Positions 51,135 to 60,676 of a stretch of 64,000 nucleotides of DNA are shown in pieces (position 1 is the stretch's first letter; each line of letters starts with the position of its first letter). Below the pieces are notes generated by a model, which saw only the letters and a program-made list of their open reading frames with translations, did not search any database and was not told the origin of the DNA. The DNA is from Methanobacteriota archaeon. GTDB lineage: Archaea; Halobacteriota; Bog-38; Methanoflorentales; Methanoflorentaceae. A program made the position numbers and the translations under genes. Location: positions 224,001 to 288,000 of the forward strand of contig CAVRAO010000002.1 in assembly GCA_963719035.1 (NCBI GenBank), given 5' to 3'.

Positions 51135-51811
51135 GGCTGCACCGAATGCTGTCGGTCGCAAAACCTCACGACTTCTTGAACCACGAGCTTCGCATCTCGT
51201 TTCTTAAGGTCGTAGTCATGACTAGCAAGAAACGTTTTGATCTTAGTACGATCACCGCTATCTATCTGTCCCCTCAACTCAGCTGTCTTTAAAACTAATG
51301 GAAAGCTTCGTTCCATATAAAAGAAGCTCTTTGCGAGGTTAAGCAAAGCGTTGCTCATGTCTCTGTCCACAATTGAAGCGTCTAAGAGTGAGTGTAAGGC
51401 AACGCGTATATTGATGAGCGGTTCGGATACAGGCTCGTAAGTGATTGGGTTGTACGCCACGGCAACTTCATCATCTGCTTCAATAACTCCCTCTTTAAAA
51501 CACGTATAGATCTTCCCGACTCCAATCATCCCGAAACTGTCGAGTTCAGAGGCGCGCAACGCCCCCATGCTTGATCCACCAACAACAGTCACGCCCGACT
51601 TAATTGCACCTATTATTTCTCGATGTGAAACCGCAGCACGATTAAAAAAAACGCCGTCAATCAATCCGATGATCGATATGCCCGTTTTAGCCGCTTTCAA
51701 GATATCTCCTCGTACGGCGGGGGGGCAGCATCTTATCCTTTGATCAGCGGAAGACACTTCAGACCAAGACAAACTTGGACCTGTAAATATTACGCAGTCA
51801 CATTTCGCCAT
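51131..51811 (-). CDS. tfuA: TfuA (thioamidation accessory protein)
   Basis: IFTGPSL, PP..RGD, IDGVF....V.HREI, G.SSMGALRASEL, DDEVAV, DLK..DA. Confidence 0.93.
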   Translation of the reverse strand: MAKCDCVIFTGPSLSWSEVSSADQRIRCCPPAVRGDILKAAKTGISIIGLIDGVFFNRAAVSHREIIGAIKSGVTVVGGSSMGALRASELDSFGMIGVGKIYTCFKEGVIEADDEVAVAYNPITYEPVSEPLINIRVALHSLLDASIVDRDMSNALLNLAKSFFYMERSFPLVLKTAELRGQIDSGDRTKIKTFLASHDYDLKKRDAKLVVQEVVRFCDRQHSVQP

Positions 51812-53007
51812 TCTTTGTAGCGCGTTCCTTTTCGTTCCCGATCCAAGAAATAGACCTCAAAGCCTGGTATAGTTGCACGAACTACGGGAACACGAATAGC
51901 GCTTACTGTTATATCAGAGATAATAACGCTGTTTGCCACATTTTGCAAGCGCTCGAGGACGATTCTGATGTCACTGTCGATAGATGTAGTTGCCATAGCT
52001 TCAAGTTCGTCGAGCTCGATCATCTCGCGTGGTTTTTCTAACCAATGCTTATTGAGCCTTTTCATCCTCTCATACCCAATCATTCGGGCTACCGATTCCC
52101 GATTGGTGTCTTCACGAGCGCCGTGAATCTGTGTAGCTCGCGACTGCGCCACTTCAGTCAGTGCTCTAAGCGCGGCAATTTCGGGATCGGTATGACTTCC
52201 GGCCCCCATAACCAATAAAGAAGCATCACGCATTTTTTCGTCATCTGATGCTGCCACAATAGTTGGAACGCCAGTATCAGTGCGGAGCGACCACAGCCGA
52301 ACGACAACGCCTTGCTGCTCAAACTTGTCGATTATTTCGCTAACTCGACCTGCACCTACGTTGAGACCTAAACCGGGGTTGCGGTTTATCTCTGCAATGC
52401 TTACTGCGTCTCTCTCAATTACCTCCATCAGGCCATGAAAGATCGCCTCTTCCATTACGTTGCCTGATGCAAGACCATTTGTATTGCTTCTAAAGAGCTG
52501 CCAATTACCTCGCACTGGCGAATAAGGATGAAAAACGGCGTTTGCCGGAACAATTACCTCTTCATCGTTAAGAAGGTCCCACCCTGGGTACCACTCAATT
52601 TTTGTATCGGTAGAAAGGTAGCCCGGCAATATGAGATCAGTGGGATTAACGGCGCGATTTTCTCCACTAAGGTGCGCGTATGAATCGAACAATAATTGCT
52701 CCTTGAGATTTCCAACTTCAGCAGAGAACCGTTCGACAGCCTCCATTATCACCGAAACGCGGGCTTCCGTTTCACTTGTGCCCTTGCCAGCATACACAGA
52801 AATAGCACCGTCTGCTGCCGACGGCCTTATAGCAGAAAATACGGGCAACCCTATGCGATCTAGCCCGGAAATATCTGCTATCCGTGTTATCCCAACCTCT
52901 GGTACGGCTGCCTGAACACGTTCTAGTGTCTCTGCTGGCGGTATCACCCTGTGCGTATCAATGCAATACGTCTTTGGTGCAGTGTGCAGTTCAATCTTGC
53001 TTGTCAT
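51790..53007 (-). CDS. ycaO: YcaO-family McrA glycine thioamidation protein (methanogenesis marker 1)
   Basis: GITRIADI.GLDRIG.PV, GKG...A.VS..ME..ER, SNTNGLASGN, E.IERD, TEVAQSR.TQIHGARED. Confidence 0.93.
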   Translation of the reverse strand: MTSKIELHTAPKTYCIDTHRVIPPAETLERVQAAVPEVGITRIADISGLDRIGLPVFSAIRPSAADGAISVYAGKGTSETEARVSVIMEAVERFSAEVGNLKEQLLFDSYAHLSGENRAVNPTDLILPGYLSTDTKIEWYPGWDLLNDEEVIVPANAVFHPYSPVRGNWQLFRSNTNGLASGNVMEEAIFHGLMEVIERDAVSIAEINRNPGLGLNVGAGRVSEIIDKFEQQGVVVRLWSLRTDTGVPTIVAASDDEKMRDASLLVMGAGSHTDPEIAALRALTEVAQSRATQIHGAREDTNRESVARMIGYERMKRLNKHWLEKPREMIELDELEAMATTSIDSDIRIVLERLQNVANSVIISDITVSAIRVPVVRATIPGFEVYFLDRERKGTRYKEWRNVTA

Positions 53008-53220
53008 TACGCCTCACGCAAGTGCGGATATAACAATTCTTCTGTATTTTGAATGCTCAAACTCAAGCGCTTACCGTGCATAACATGCTAGTGTCGCCTA
53101 ATAAACAAATCGATGTAGGGCCTTAAGCAGCTGCAAATAAGAGCGACGCATAGGAACTTTTCTTACTTGTAATAAACTCAAATATTTATTAATTGGAAAA
53201 AAGTCAGACACAACGCGTCC

Positions 53221-53565
53221 TTAGTCGCTTTCATCAAGGTTATCTGTGAATTTTCCCGTGTTTTGTAGAATATTATACCAGCGACGAGAGATCGAATACG
53301 CAAAATCTTCAAACACAATGTAGTTTATCTCCTTAAGAATCGCTCCCTCTGCGATAGTTACAAACGTATAGTCAAAATCTGAAGATTCAATTTTAAAAAT
53401 GTCGCCTACAGATCCCTTTATCTCGTGCGGCTTCTCTCCATTATCTTGCGTCACAAGAGCCCAGTTAGGGCCAAATCGCGGATGAATTCCTAATAGTTGC
53501 CAAACGTTACTCGAACCTTCAATCAAAAAGCTCAGTTCTGCTTTGAGACTCAGTATTGTATCCAC
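53221..53565 (-). CDS. hypothetical protein
   Basis: 114-aa ORF with GGAG/AGGT SD-like sequence upstream. Confidence 0.55.
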   Translation of the reverse strand: MDTILSLKAELSFLIEGSSNVWQLLGIHPRFGPNWALVTQDNGEKPHEIKGSVGDIFKIESSDFDYTFVTIAEGAILKEINYIVFEDFAYSISRRWYNILQNTGKFTDNLDESD

Positions 53566-53783
53566 ACCTTGCTCCTTATGTAAAGACGAATAAGCTCAGC
53601 TTGACTTTTGATATGCCTTATGCTTTGTCTTTGAAAAAACTTTCGTGCCAGAAGCTACGGAGTTCATAGGCTTTCACTTCGCATGTTACTTCAAAAGTCT
53701 TCAACTTTTGACTAGAGACGTTGCTATTCGATGATCTTTTGATTGTCGATATCTAGAAGTAAGAGGAGATAGAAGTACGTCTG

Positions 53784-54047
53784 ATGGCTCAAGACGCAGA
53801 AAAAGACACCGAAGGTCAAAACGAGGACGTTTACGAGCTCGTATTACCTCCTGGTATTCCAAGTAAGGTTATAATTGCAGCGTGCAAAGAATTTAACACT
53901 GACGTTGTGTCAGCTTATGCAGACGTTGAAACTGGCCTAACTGACGTGACTTCTCGAGATTTACTCGCTTTTAGGGCAGACAAGGAGACAATAGAAAAGA
54001 TCCGTGAATTCGTAATTGAAGAGACGAGAAAGTTTATTGACGAGTGA
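53784..54047 (+). CDS. hypothetical protein (YELVLPPG type)
   Basis: 87-aa coding-like ORF, GAGGAG upstream; resembles small proteins of methanogens (recollection, not searched). Confidence 0.7.
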   Translation: MAQDAEKDTEGQNEDVYELVLPPGIPSKVIIAACKEFNTDVVSAYADVETGLTDVTSRDLLAFRADKETIEKIREFVIEETRKFIDE

Positions 54048-54099
54048 AATTAGCTTGTGAATGCAAAGTTGCGCAGGATCGCAAGTTACGTGCTGCGCC

Positions 54100-54402
54100 T
54101 TAACCACCGGGCTCATCAAAGCCGTCCATTGTTACGTGAAGTAACTCTCTTTTCTCATCTAAGCGTTTGCGAAACTCTTCGAGTGACTGAGCCTCTCTAT
54201 CTGCTGTCACTGTTTCCTTGCTGACTAGCTCGAGGTGCTTTGGATCGTAATACAAATTAGAAGAGTCAATAAGCACCCACGTCTTTTCCTCAAAGACTCG
54301 TAGCTCTAGCACCTTTCCGCGCGTGTGCGTGCCGGCATACTTAACATGAGCGCCTACGGTAATCGCGCGATTTTTCATGTCGAGAGCAACTTCATCGCCC
54401 AT
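54100..54402 (-). CDS. DUF2098-like SH3-fold protein
   Basis: I.VG..VKY.GT.T.GKV......KTWVL.D...L.Y....L pattern. Confidence 0.7.
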   Translation of the reverse strand: MGDEVALDMKNRAITVGAHVKYAGTHTRGKVLELRVFEEKTWVLIDSSNLYYDPKHLELVSKETVTADREAQSLEEFRKRLDEKRELLHVTMDGFDEPGG

Positions 54403-54475
54403 GTCACATTCCCTCATCAACTATTCGTTCTTAAGTTCTTAAGCTTACTGCACCTGTTAACGACCCACGTTTTGC

Positions 54476-55144
54476 CTAGTAGCTGTTGCTATCCCTTTCA
54501 CATAAAGCAAAAGCGCGCACAGGAGAAGCGTCAGCACGTACTAACTTCAGCGGCATCCCGAAGAATATTGCGCGCTTACCCACAAGCATCCGGAGATTAC
54601 TTGACAGATTTTCAAAAATGACAATGTCGTTTTGGAGAAGTTTCTTATGGACCTCGTTCTCTAACGAGTCGAGAGGATCTACGGACATGCTATCAATTCC
54701 TACTGCCTTTACTCGTTTCTCTATTAACCAGTCCGCAAGAGTTGTATCAAGACAAGTCCACAGGCGCTTTGTCGGCATACTTGTTGCCGGATCGTTAGAC
54801 TTAGTGTAGAAAAGCGCTATCTCGCCTTGTTGGACAGTAACACTCGGATCTAAATCATCCAAGCAAATACATGACCCGAGGACTTTATTTGTAACGTCAT
54901 ATATAAGCGCGCTCCCGCAAAAAGCTTCGAGAGCCAGCTCGTCAACGCTTTTACCTAGTTCTGAGAGATGATAGGGAACATCGACGTGGGTACCGGCATG
55001 CGTGCTCAAGACAACACGTGCTATGTTCGCTCCGTCCCTTTGGATTGTGCCAAGGACCTCCAGTTGCGGACAAGGGTCTCCAGGATATGTGGCTGTTTCA
55101 GCTGATAAAGGAAGAGACAGATCAACTATTCTTCTTTCGTTCAT
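54476..55144 (-). CDS. cyclase / kynurenine formamidase family metal hydrolase
   Basis: DLS.P, YPGDP, HAGTHVD.P.H, GID..S.D, H..LL......ENL, ASPVRA. Confidence 0.9.
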   Translation of the reverse strand: MNERRIVDLSLPLSAETATYPGDPCPQLEVLGTIQRDGANIARVVLSTHAGTHVDVPYHLSELGKSVDELALEAFCGSALIYDVTNKVLGSCICLDDLDPSVTVQQGEIALFYTKSNDPATSMPTKRLWTCLDTTLADWLIEKRVKAVGIDSMSVDPLDSLENEVHKKLLQNDIVIFENLSSNLRMLVGKRAIFFGMPLKLVRADASPVRAFALCERDSNSY

Positions 55145-55211
55145 AATGGTGAGTTAAAAAAAAGTGCATTTACGTGAGTAAGAATTGGATGAACAGCACT
55201 AACTATAGCAC

Positions 55212-55230
55212 AAAAAAAGAAAAAAAAGAA
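55212..55230 (-). terminator. oligo-U terminator of the mtr operon
   Basis: long interrupted T-runs on the minus strand about 12 nt after the mtrH stop. Confidence 0.7.
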
Positions 55231-55241
55231 GGGAGCTGGTT

Positions 55242-56201
55242 TTAAACCAGCCTCATCAACGGTGTGTTTTCCGTCTGCGGTTCGACTCCTAGCTCTTTGG
55301 TGCTCTCCTCGTTTATGATGTCGATCATCGCCATAGCGGGGAAGATGATCGTTGACAATTCGACCGGACCATACAAGAGATAGTCGGCGCCGACAATACC
55401 ACAGATCATGTTTGCACCGATACTACATGGTTCCCACACCTCTGGGACGGGCCGGTTCAGTGTGTGGCCGGTCTTTCTGAATCTGCGCAACCACGTCCAC
55501 GCATCAGGGATGTTGTGTGGTCCGCCTCCGGTCGGGAACCCGAGCGTGCCCTTGAATGCGACCACCGATCGGATTGACTGTCCTGCGCCTGCGCCGAGTG
55601 AGAGCGAAGCGACATCGAGCAGCGGCCGCGTAATGCCGGATTCTTCACTAGACTTTAGGAGTCCCTGTTCCTGTCCTGTGCCGCCAACCGTAAGTATGTC
55701 TAGTCGGCCTCTCGGGCTCACGTCCGTCGGATTGAACGCCAAAACGATGGCTGAGTCGACATCTGTTTGCTTTATCGCCTCCCACTCTTCTGGCAGCGCA
55801 CTTGCATTGACGGAGTTATAAACGGCGAGTTTTCCCGCGCCGATTTCATCCGCGTATTTTGCCGCGAACATGCGCACCGCCGGCACACTTGAATCGACCA
55901 GGAAGGCGATCCCGGGGGCGGTTTCCAGGTGCCAGTCGATGTACTTTTTCATCGCCTCTTCGGTCTCGGCGATCACCTGGTTCCAGTAGCCGAGCCCCGT
56001 CAGGTCCGACAGCTCAACCTGTGTGTTCCACTGCGTTTCGGCGAGTTCCTTGTCAATTTCACCTTTCTGGGCGTCTAAAACCACCTTATGCTTGTCGTAG
56101 AACATCGAGCTGGCGAGCACGGTCGGATATTCGCCGGGTTGCCCGCCAACGTGAAAACCGCCTATTTCGAAAACGGTTTGCTTTTTATCGTATCTAAACA
56201 T
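55242..56201 (-). CDS. mtrH: tetrahydromethanopterin S-methyltransferase subunit H
   Basis: MFRYDKKQ, GGQPGEYPTVL, YNSVN, HN...AW.WLR, D..LYGP.E. Confidence 0.95.
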   Translation of the reverse strand: MFRYDKKQTVFEIGGFHVGGQPGEYPTVLASSMFYDKHKVVLDAQKGEIDKELAETQWNTQVELSDLTGLGYWNQVIAETEEAMKKYIDWHLETAPGIAFLVDSSVPAVRMFAAKYADEIGAGKLAVYNSVNASALPEEWEAIKQTDVDSAIVLAFNPTDVSPRGRLDILTVGGTGQEQGLLKSSEESGITRPLLDVASLSLGAGAGQSIRSVVAFKGTLGFPTGGGPHNIPDAWTWLRRFRKTGHTLNRPVPEVWEPCSIGANMICGIVGADYLLYGPVELSTIIFPAMAMIDIINEESTKELGVEPQTENTPLMRLV

Positions 56202-56228
56202 GCTATATGAACCTCCTCACGTCGTCAT

Positions 56229-56471
56229 TCATCCGAATAGCTTAAACAAGACCGACAGCTGCGTCAGCGAATTGAGCACGATGAATAGGATGATGCCTCC
56301 AATGAGGCCATAGGCAATGCCTATGTCCCTACCAACGCGCTGTCCGTACCGCTGCGCGACTTCGGCCATTGCAAACTCCAATCGCTCTTCGACCGAGTCG
56401 AGTTGCTTCTGGAGCTCTCGGTAGTCAGTTTGGTCTACCATTACCTGGGGGAATTGCTTTGGCATATTCAC
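56229..56471 (-). CDS. mtrG: Mtr subunit G
   Basis: LD.VEE.LEF...E..QR.G...GRDIGI.YG plus TM helix. Confidence 0.94.
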   Translation of the reverse strand: MNMPKQFPQVMVDQTDYRELQKQLDSVEERLEFAMAEVAQRYGQRVGRDIGIAYGLIGGIILFIVLNSLTQLSVLFKLFG

Positions 56472-56474
56472 ACC

Positions 56475-56765
56475 TCACTTATAGAAGTAGTAGAGCAATG
56501 GCAGTCCCGCAATAAGGCACGCAGCTGCGAAGCCCAATGCAAACCCGAGTATCGAGTTCCCCCCGTACCCCGAGTCAAGCTTGAGCGTTCGTGTCGTGAT
56601 TAGCGCACGATACCTTATGTCGTTCATGAGATCGTCTAACAATGCCATGCTCGGCGCCATGGGTTTAGCTATGCCCTGGTCGAAGTCAATGACTGATGTG
56701 GGTGCGACCTCTTCGCCGGCTGCTGCCGGCCCTTCGCCGCCCCCTCCAAAACGTTCTGCTGCCAT
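56475..56765 (-). CDS. mtrF: Mtr subunit F
   Basis: DIRYRA.L..R..KL.SG plus TM helix; between mtrA and mtrG. Confidence 0.9.
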   Translation of the reverse strand: MAAERFGGGGEGPAAAGEEVAPTSVIDFDQGIAKPMAPSMALLDDLMNDIRYRALITTRTLKLDSGYGGNSILGFALGFAAACLIAGLPLLYYFYK

Positions 56766-56773
56766 TTTTCACC

Positions 56774-57484
56774 TCAAGCTAGGGCTAGTAACCCCAAGAT
56801 TCCGATTGAAATCAGCAGCCCGATCACAATACCCTCAACCTTTCCAGCGTAAACGCCGGCAGCGTACTTGTTCAAGTTGCCGATGGTCTTCATGTGGAAC
56901 TGCAGACCCTGCACGCGGGCTTGTATCGCTGCTATTTCTGCTGCCATAGGGGCCTCTACAAGGGCCTCCTCGGTTTCTTTTTCTTTAAGCTCAACGACGA
57001 CTGGAGGTTCCGGGTAAGCTCCGGGATCTCGTCCAATCAGCTCCTTAACCTTCGCGGATATCGCGCTGACATCCTCGTTGTTAATCATGCTGAAGAATTC
57101 GACCTGCTTTTGGAACCTTTCAAGGTGCTCTTCGTTCAAGTTTTCGATGAACGGTATAGCCCCTTGAGCATCGATTATGCGTCCTTCCTTAACGCCGTTC
57201 TTGTACAGTGCCTCCAGAGATTGTCCGGTCACGTGACCCATGATTTCTGAGCCGCAGAGGATCAGAAATCGTATGTTCGGATTCGAGATGATGTTTACTA
57301 TGACCTTCTCGAGGCCGATGTTCTCGGTCTTCGCCGTGCCCTCGATCGCTGCTCCTTGGTCAGTGAAGAGTTTGCCGAAGTGAGACCCTAAGGTCACCAC
57401 AGCGACGGAACTCTCCGGATCTCCAAAGAAGAAATCTCCCTTGACGACCGGCCAGTTAGGCGCAGGTGCAACTTTTTCTGCCAC
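56774..57484 (-). CDS. mtrA: Mtr subunit A (corrinoid protein)
   Basis: WPVVKGD, TLGSH, KTENIGLEK, NPNIRFL, cobamide His in GHVTGQ, GAIPFIEN, C-terminal anchor. Confidence 0.96.
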   Translation of the reverse strand: MAEKVAPAPNWPVVKGDFFFGDPESSVAVVTLGSHFGKLFTDQGAAIEGTAKTENIGLEKVIVNIISNPNIRFLILCGSEIMGHVTGQSLEALYKNGVKEGRIIDAQGAIPFIENLNEEHLERFQKQVEFFSMINNEDVSAISAKVKELIGRDPGAYPEPPVVVELKEKETEEALVEAPMAAEIAAIQARVQGLQFHMKTIGNLNKYAAGVYAGKVEGIVIGLLISIGILGLLALA

Positions 57485-57486
57485 GG

Positions 57487-57801
57487 TTACATCCCCCCTC
57501 TAACGCGAAGGATTATGGTCACGAGAGCAAGGAAAATCATCGCAACAGTGAACCCGTAGAACGCGTTGGTCCACATGCCCGCCCAGTAATGCGCCTTTTC
57601 TCTGCCTGGAAACGAGTCGATGAGTGGCTTGTCCGCTGAAAGCGAGTTTACCACGCCGTCCGCTAGAGCGTCATACTCCTCAATTTGAGCCGCAACGGGC
57701 TCCAAGGAGTAGAAGACAAGGTCGTCCCGCTCCTTCGCTATGACGAACTCTTCGACATCCATCCGCAGGCCAACGTCAGACGACATGTCTACGAATTTCA
57801 T
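57487..57801 (-). CDS. mtrB: Mtr subunit B
   Basis: SFPGRE.....AG..TNAFYGF. Confidence 0.94.
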   Translation of the reverse strand: MKFVDMSSDVGLRMDVEEFVIAKERDDLVFYSLEPVAAQIEEYDALADGVVNSLSADKPLIDSFPGREKAHYWAGMWTNAFYGFTVAMIFLALVTIILRVRGGM

Positions 57802-58607
57802 GCGACTTCCTCCTCAGTCGGTAATAGACCGGTTGATAGCACAGACGCCGCATCTTCTTTCGTATCTGCCCAGAATCGCAGGTAGTAGATGACCCAGCCG
57901 CAGATCGCGACTATTAGCGTAGGCACTGCTGCCTGAACGCCGTTGATGGCACCTGAAGCGATTCCTGTGACGATCATGGCGATGAACCCTGTTGACAGAG
58001 CAAGATTAAGCGTTCTCTGTTGTCTCTCGTCGGGACCAAGGCACGCGTTAAACGGATGAAGCATAGCCATGCCGCCGACAATGAAGACTGCAATGATGAA
58101 CCCTGAAGCAACTACGTAGCTCATGATCGCGTTGAAGGCATAACTTCCAGCGATCGCCGTACTGAAACCGAGTATGATAAGGGACGCTGCCATTGCGATT
58201 TCCGTCATCGACATTTCCATTATGTGGATGTTCATTTTGATGACACGTCTTGCCATAACTCCGTTAACGAGACCTATAATCGCGGCCAAAATCAGCGCGA
58301 TAATAGGGGCTGCTACTTCAACGCCGTAATTCTTTGCTACTGCGAGACCGAGCAAGACGGCTACTTGACCAGCTCCGAGCGATAGCAAACCTATCGACGG
58401 CACGCCGGTACCGAGCCCATAGCTCGCCACTCGCCTGACGGCGTCTGCTCCATAGTACACTGCAAGTATTGCGCCAAGTGCAGCGATGAACGAAAACCAC
58501 GCGGTACCCGTCCAGCTGTTGAGATAACTCGCGATGTAAATGCCTATCAAGCCACCTAAAATTCCGATGACCATCAATTGACGCGGCGATTTTTCACCTT
58601 CTGCCAT
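57798..58607 (-). CDS. mtrC: Mtr subunit C
   Basis: GADAVRRVASYGLGTGVPSIG, HPFNACLGPDE. Confidence 0.96.
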   Translation of the reverse strand: MAEGEKSPRQLMVIGILGGLIGIYIASYLNSWTGTAWFSFIAALGAILAVYYGADAVRRVASYGLGTGVPSIGLLSLGAGQVAVLLGLAVAKNYGVEVAAPIIALILAAIIGLVNGVMARRVIKMNIHIMEMSMTEIAMAASLIILGFSTAIAGSYAFNAIMSYVVASGFIIAVFIVGGMAMLHPFNACLGPDERQQRTLNLALSTGFIAMIVTGIASGAINGVQAAVPTLIVAICGWVIYYLRFWADTKEDAASVLSTGLLPTEEEVA

Positions 58608-58608
58608 G

Positions 58609-59349
58609 TTAAATCCCTCCTGGCAACATGACGCTGATTAGCAGCGCAAAAAGGCCGCCGACTGCTGATACGACGAGACTTGCAACGATCGACTTTGGTA
58701 TGCGCTTGAATTTAGGATCGTGGAAGCCTTCAATCGTGCCGCCGATGTTGTACGATGCCATCACGCAGTTAAGGAAGAATATCCCAATAGCGAAGGCTGC
58801 TGCGAGCGATACGTAGTAAGGGGCCGAATAGGTGCCGAACGTCGCAGAAAACCCTGGAATCGCTTTGTACGTTTCAACCAGCGCAAAGTACACGAGAGCG
58901 CCGCCGACACCGGCGATGAACGCCCCTATGATGCCACTGATGAAACTGACCATCGGAGATCCGTGGCCTTCAGTCCCACGTGATACGTACAGGTCCTGAC
59001 GCCATTTTGTGATGGGGTCATATTTTATTTTAGCTGATGAGAGCGGCACACCTGCGCCGTAAACGTACATGACGTTTGCGATAAACGCTAAAATCGCAAT
59101 CATCAATGCTGCACTCACTCCCCCCATGACTATAGTGTAAGCAAAGTCACCAGGGTGCAAGTAGTACGCGGAGCCTGCTCCGATGAGTCCTGTAAGACCT
59201 GACGCAGCAGCAAGCATCGTCGTCCCGGTTCCGACTCCCGTTGCCTGCGACATAGCCGCAGGAGCGCCGCCGACCGGAATAAAGTGGACGCCTGCACCGA
59301 TCAGAATCCCGCCGAGTATAATCCACACCCAGAACAAAAGATCAAACAT
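58609..59349 (-). CDS. mtrD: Mtr subunit D
   Basis: VHFIPVGGAPAAM, DPIT, GTEGHG, SYNIGGTIEGFHDPKFK. Confidence 0.96.
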   Translation of the reverse strand: MFDLLFWVWIILGGILIGAGVHFIPVGGAPAAMSQATGVGTGTTMLAAASGLTGLIGAGSAYYLHPGDFAYTIVMGGVSAALMIAILAFIANVMYVYGAGVPLSSAKIKYDPITKWRQDLYVSRGTEGHGSPMVSFISGIIGAFIAGVGGALVYFALVETYKAIPGFSATFGTYSAPYYVSLAAAFAIGIFFLNCVMASYNIGGTIEGFHDPKFKRIPKSIVASLVVSAVGGLFALLISVMLPGGI

Positions 59350-59355
59350 CGTGCA

Positions 59356-60258
59356 TCACTCCGCCTCTGTTTCTTCTTTGTAAGTGCCGTAGCGCTGTCT
59401 GGAGTAGCGTTCGAGGTATACGTTCATGATGATGAAGATCACGACGATTATTACTCCAGCGACTGCCGACCACCAATCCTTTACCACGACTTCCTTCCAG
59501 AAGTGTAAGTAAACGACGAGGCCAAAGCCCAGCCCTGTCAGTGGTCCTCCGAATTTGGAACAGAACCACGCGCAGTCTATAGAATTCCTGAGGCCTGATT
59601 CAGCTTTGCGCACTACGCTGCCTGAATGAGCCGCGTTGACGCCAGAGCCATAAGGCCTATCTTGATAGTACCGATCGGTTCCAAGGTGAACGTCACCCAC
59701 TGCGGAACCTACGCCACCAAGAGCGATTCCCCAAATAAATGCAAGCACGACAAAGGGGAACGGACTTAGGTTTTGTGCAATTAGTATCCACGTTAACAAT
59801 AGGACGCTAAAATTCGCTATGAAGCCGTGTGCCATTAACACGGGCGTGTGCGTTCTCAGGACATCCAAATAGATAGGTTGCCCAAATCGCGATTGACTCG
59901 CCAGTCTGCCCACGTAGGACGTCGTGGCATAAACGCCGTGTATCAATGCAGTAACGAAAGCACCGGCTACAAGAGCGAAGAAGACGCCGATCGGACTCTC
60001 ACTTCCAGTGACAGACAAGACCGATATCGTTGTTGCCGCTCCAATCGCTGCGTAGAACGGATAAGAAGCTGGTTCACCGGAAATCGCTTTGTTATAAAGC
60101 CTGTGCAGATAACCCATCTGGGGGGCTAACTGTACTTGCGAATTCGGGTTACTCTGTGAACCAACGTCGGATTCGAGATCCTCCGCTATACCAGCAATCA
60201 GGGCTGCGCCGCCAACGATCGTCAGAGCGCCTAATTCTACCATCATTTGCGGATCCAT
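59356..60258 (-). CDS. mtrE: Mtr subunit E
   Basis: EDLESDVGSQSNPNSQVQLAPQM, NKAISGEP, GDVH, WFCSKFGGP.TG. Confidence 0.96.
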   Translation of the reverse strand: MDPQMMVELGALTIVGGAALIAGIAEDLESDVGSQSNPNSQVQLAPQMGYLHRLYNKAISGEPASYPFYAAIGAATTISVLSVTGSESPIGVFFALVAGAFVTALIHGVYATTSYVGRLASQSRFGQPIYLDVLRTHTPVLMAHGFIANFSVLLLTWILIAQNLSPFPFVVLAFIWGIALGGVGSAVGDVHLGTDRYYQDRPYGSGVNAAHSGSVVRKAESGLRNSIDCAWFCSKFGGPLTGLGFGLVVYLHFWKEVVVKDWWSAVAGVIIVVIFIIMNVYLERYSRQRYGTYKEETEAE

Positions 60259-60676
60259 TTAACTCCTCCCTTGTATGGTATTTGGCTTTCTAGCCCAGAT
60301 TTCTGATTCACTATCCAGCGAACCGCGAAATCAGTGTATTCTGCGGCATTAAAATTGCTTAAAATGAATTATTGGCTCTATTTAGTTCGCTAGATCACGG
60401 ATAATTGATAGGTCTAACTATTTAACATTATTGATAAGTTGACGATTAAAATAGCTTAATCTAGATAAAATTAAAATAACGTTCAATTCACTTTTAAGAG
60501 ACAAAATTAGCTTGAAATGGATCCTGAAAAAAGCGCCAATTTCGAGCTTTTTGTGACGCTAATACTAAAGTTTCGACAGGGTTATATGAAAGCCGCGCTC
60601 CGACACTGAAAAGGTGGTTGTGATGACTCGCAAATAGCGAATTTTCGCGTTTGTACGTGACAAAAGGTTGCCATAA

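Noticed and set aside
50622-53565. ycaO-tfuA-protease as a thioamitide RiPP cluster
   Set aside because: YcaO has the methanogen McrA-modifying signature and no precursor peptide or transporter is evident.
55242-60258. Higher GC of the mtr operon as horizontal transfer
   Set aside because: The preference for C-ending codons is what highly expressed genes show; gene order is canonical and no mobility features are present.
60583-60630. Possible box C/D guide RNA (ATATGA...CCGA...CTGA...TGATGA)
   Set aside because: Boxes are degenerate or in the wrong order and no rRNA or tRNA target could be identified by eye.
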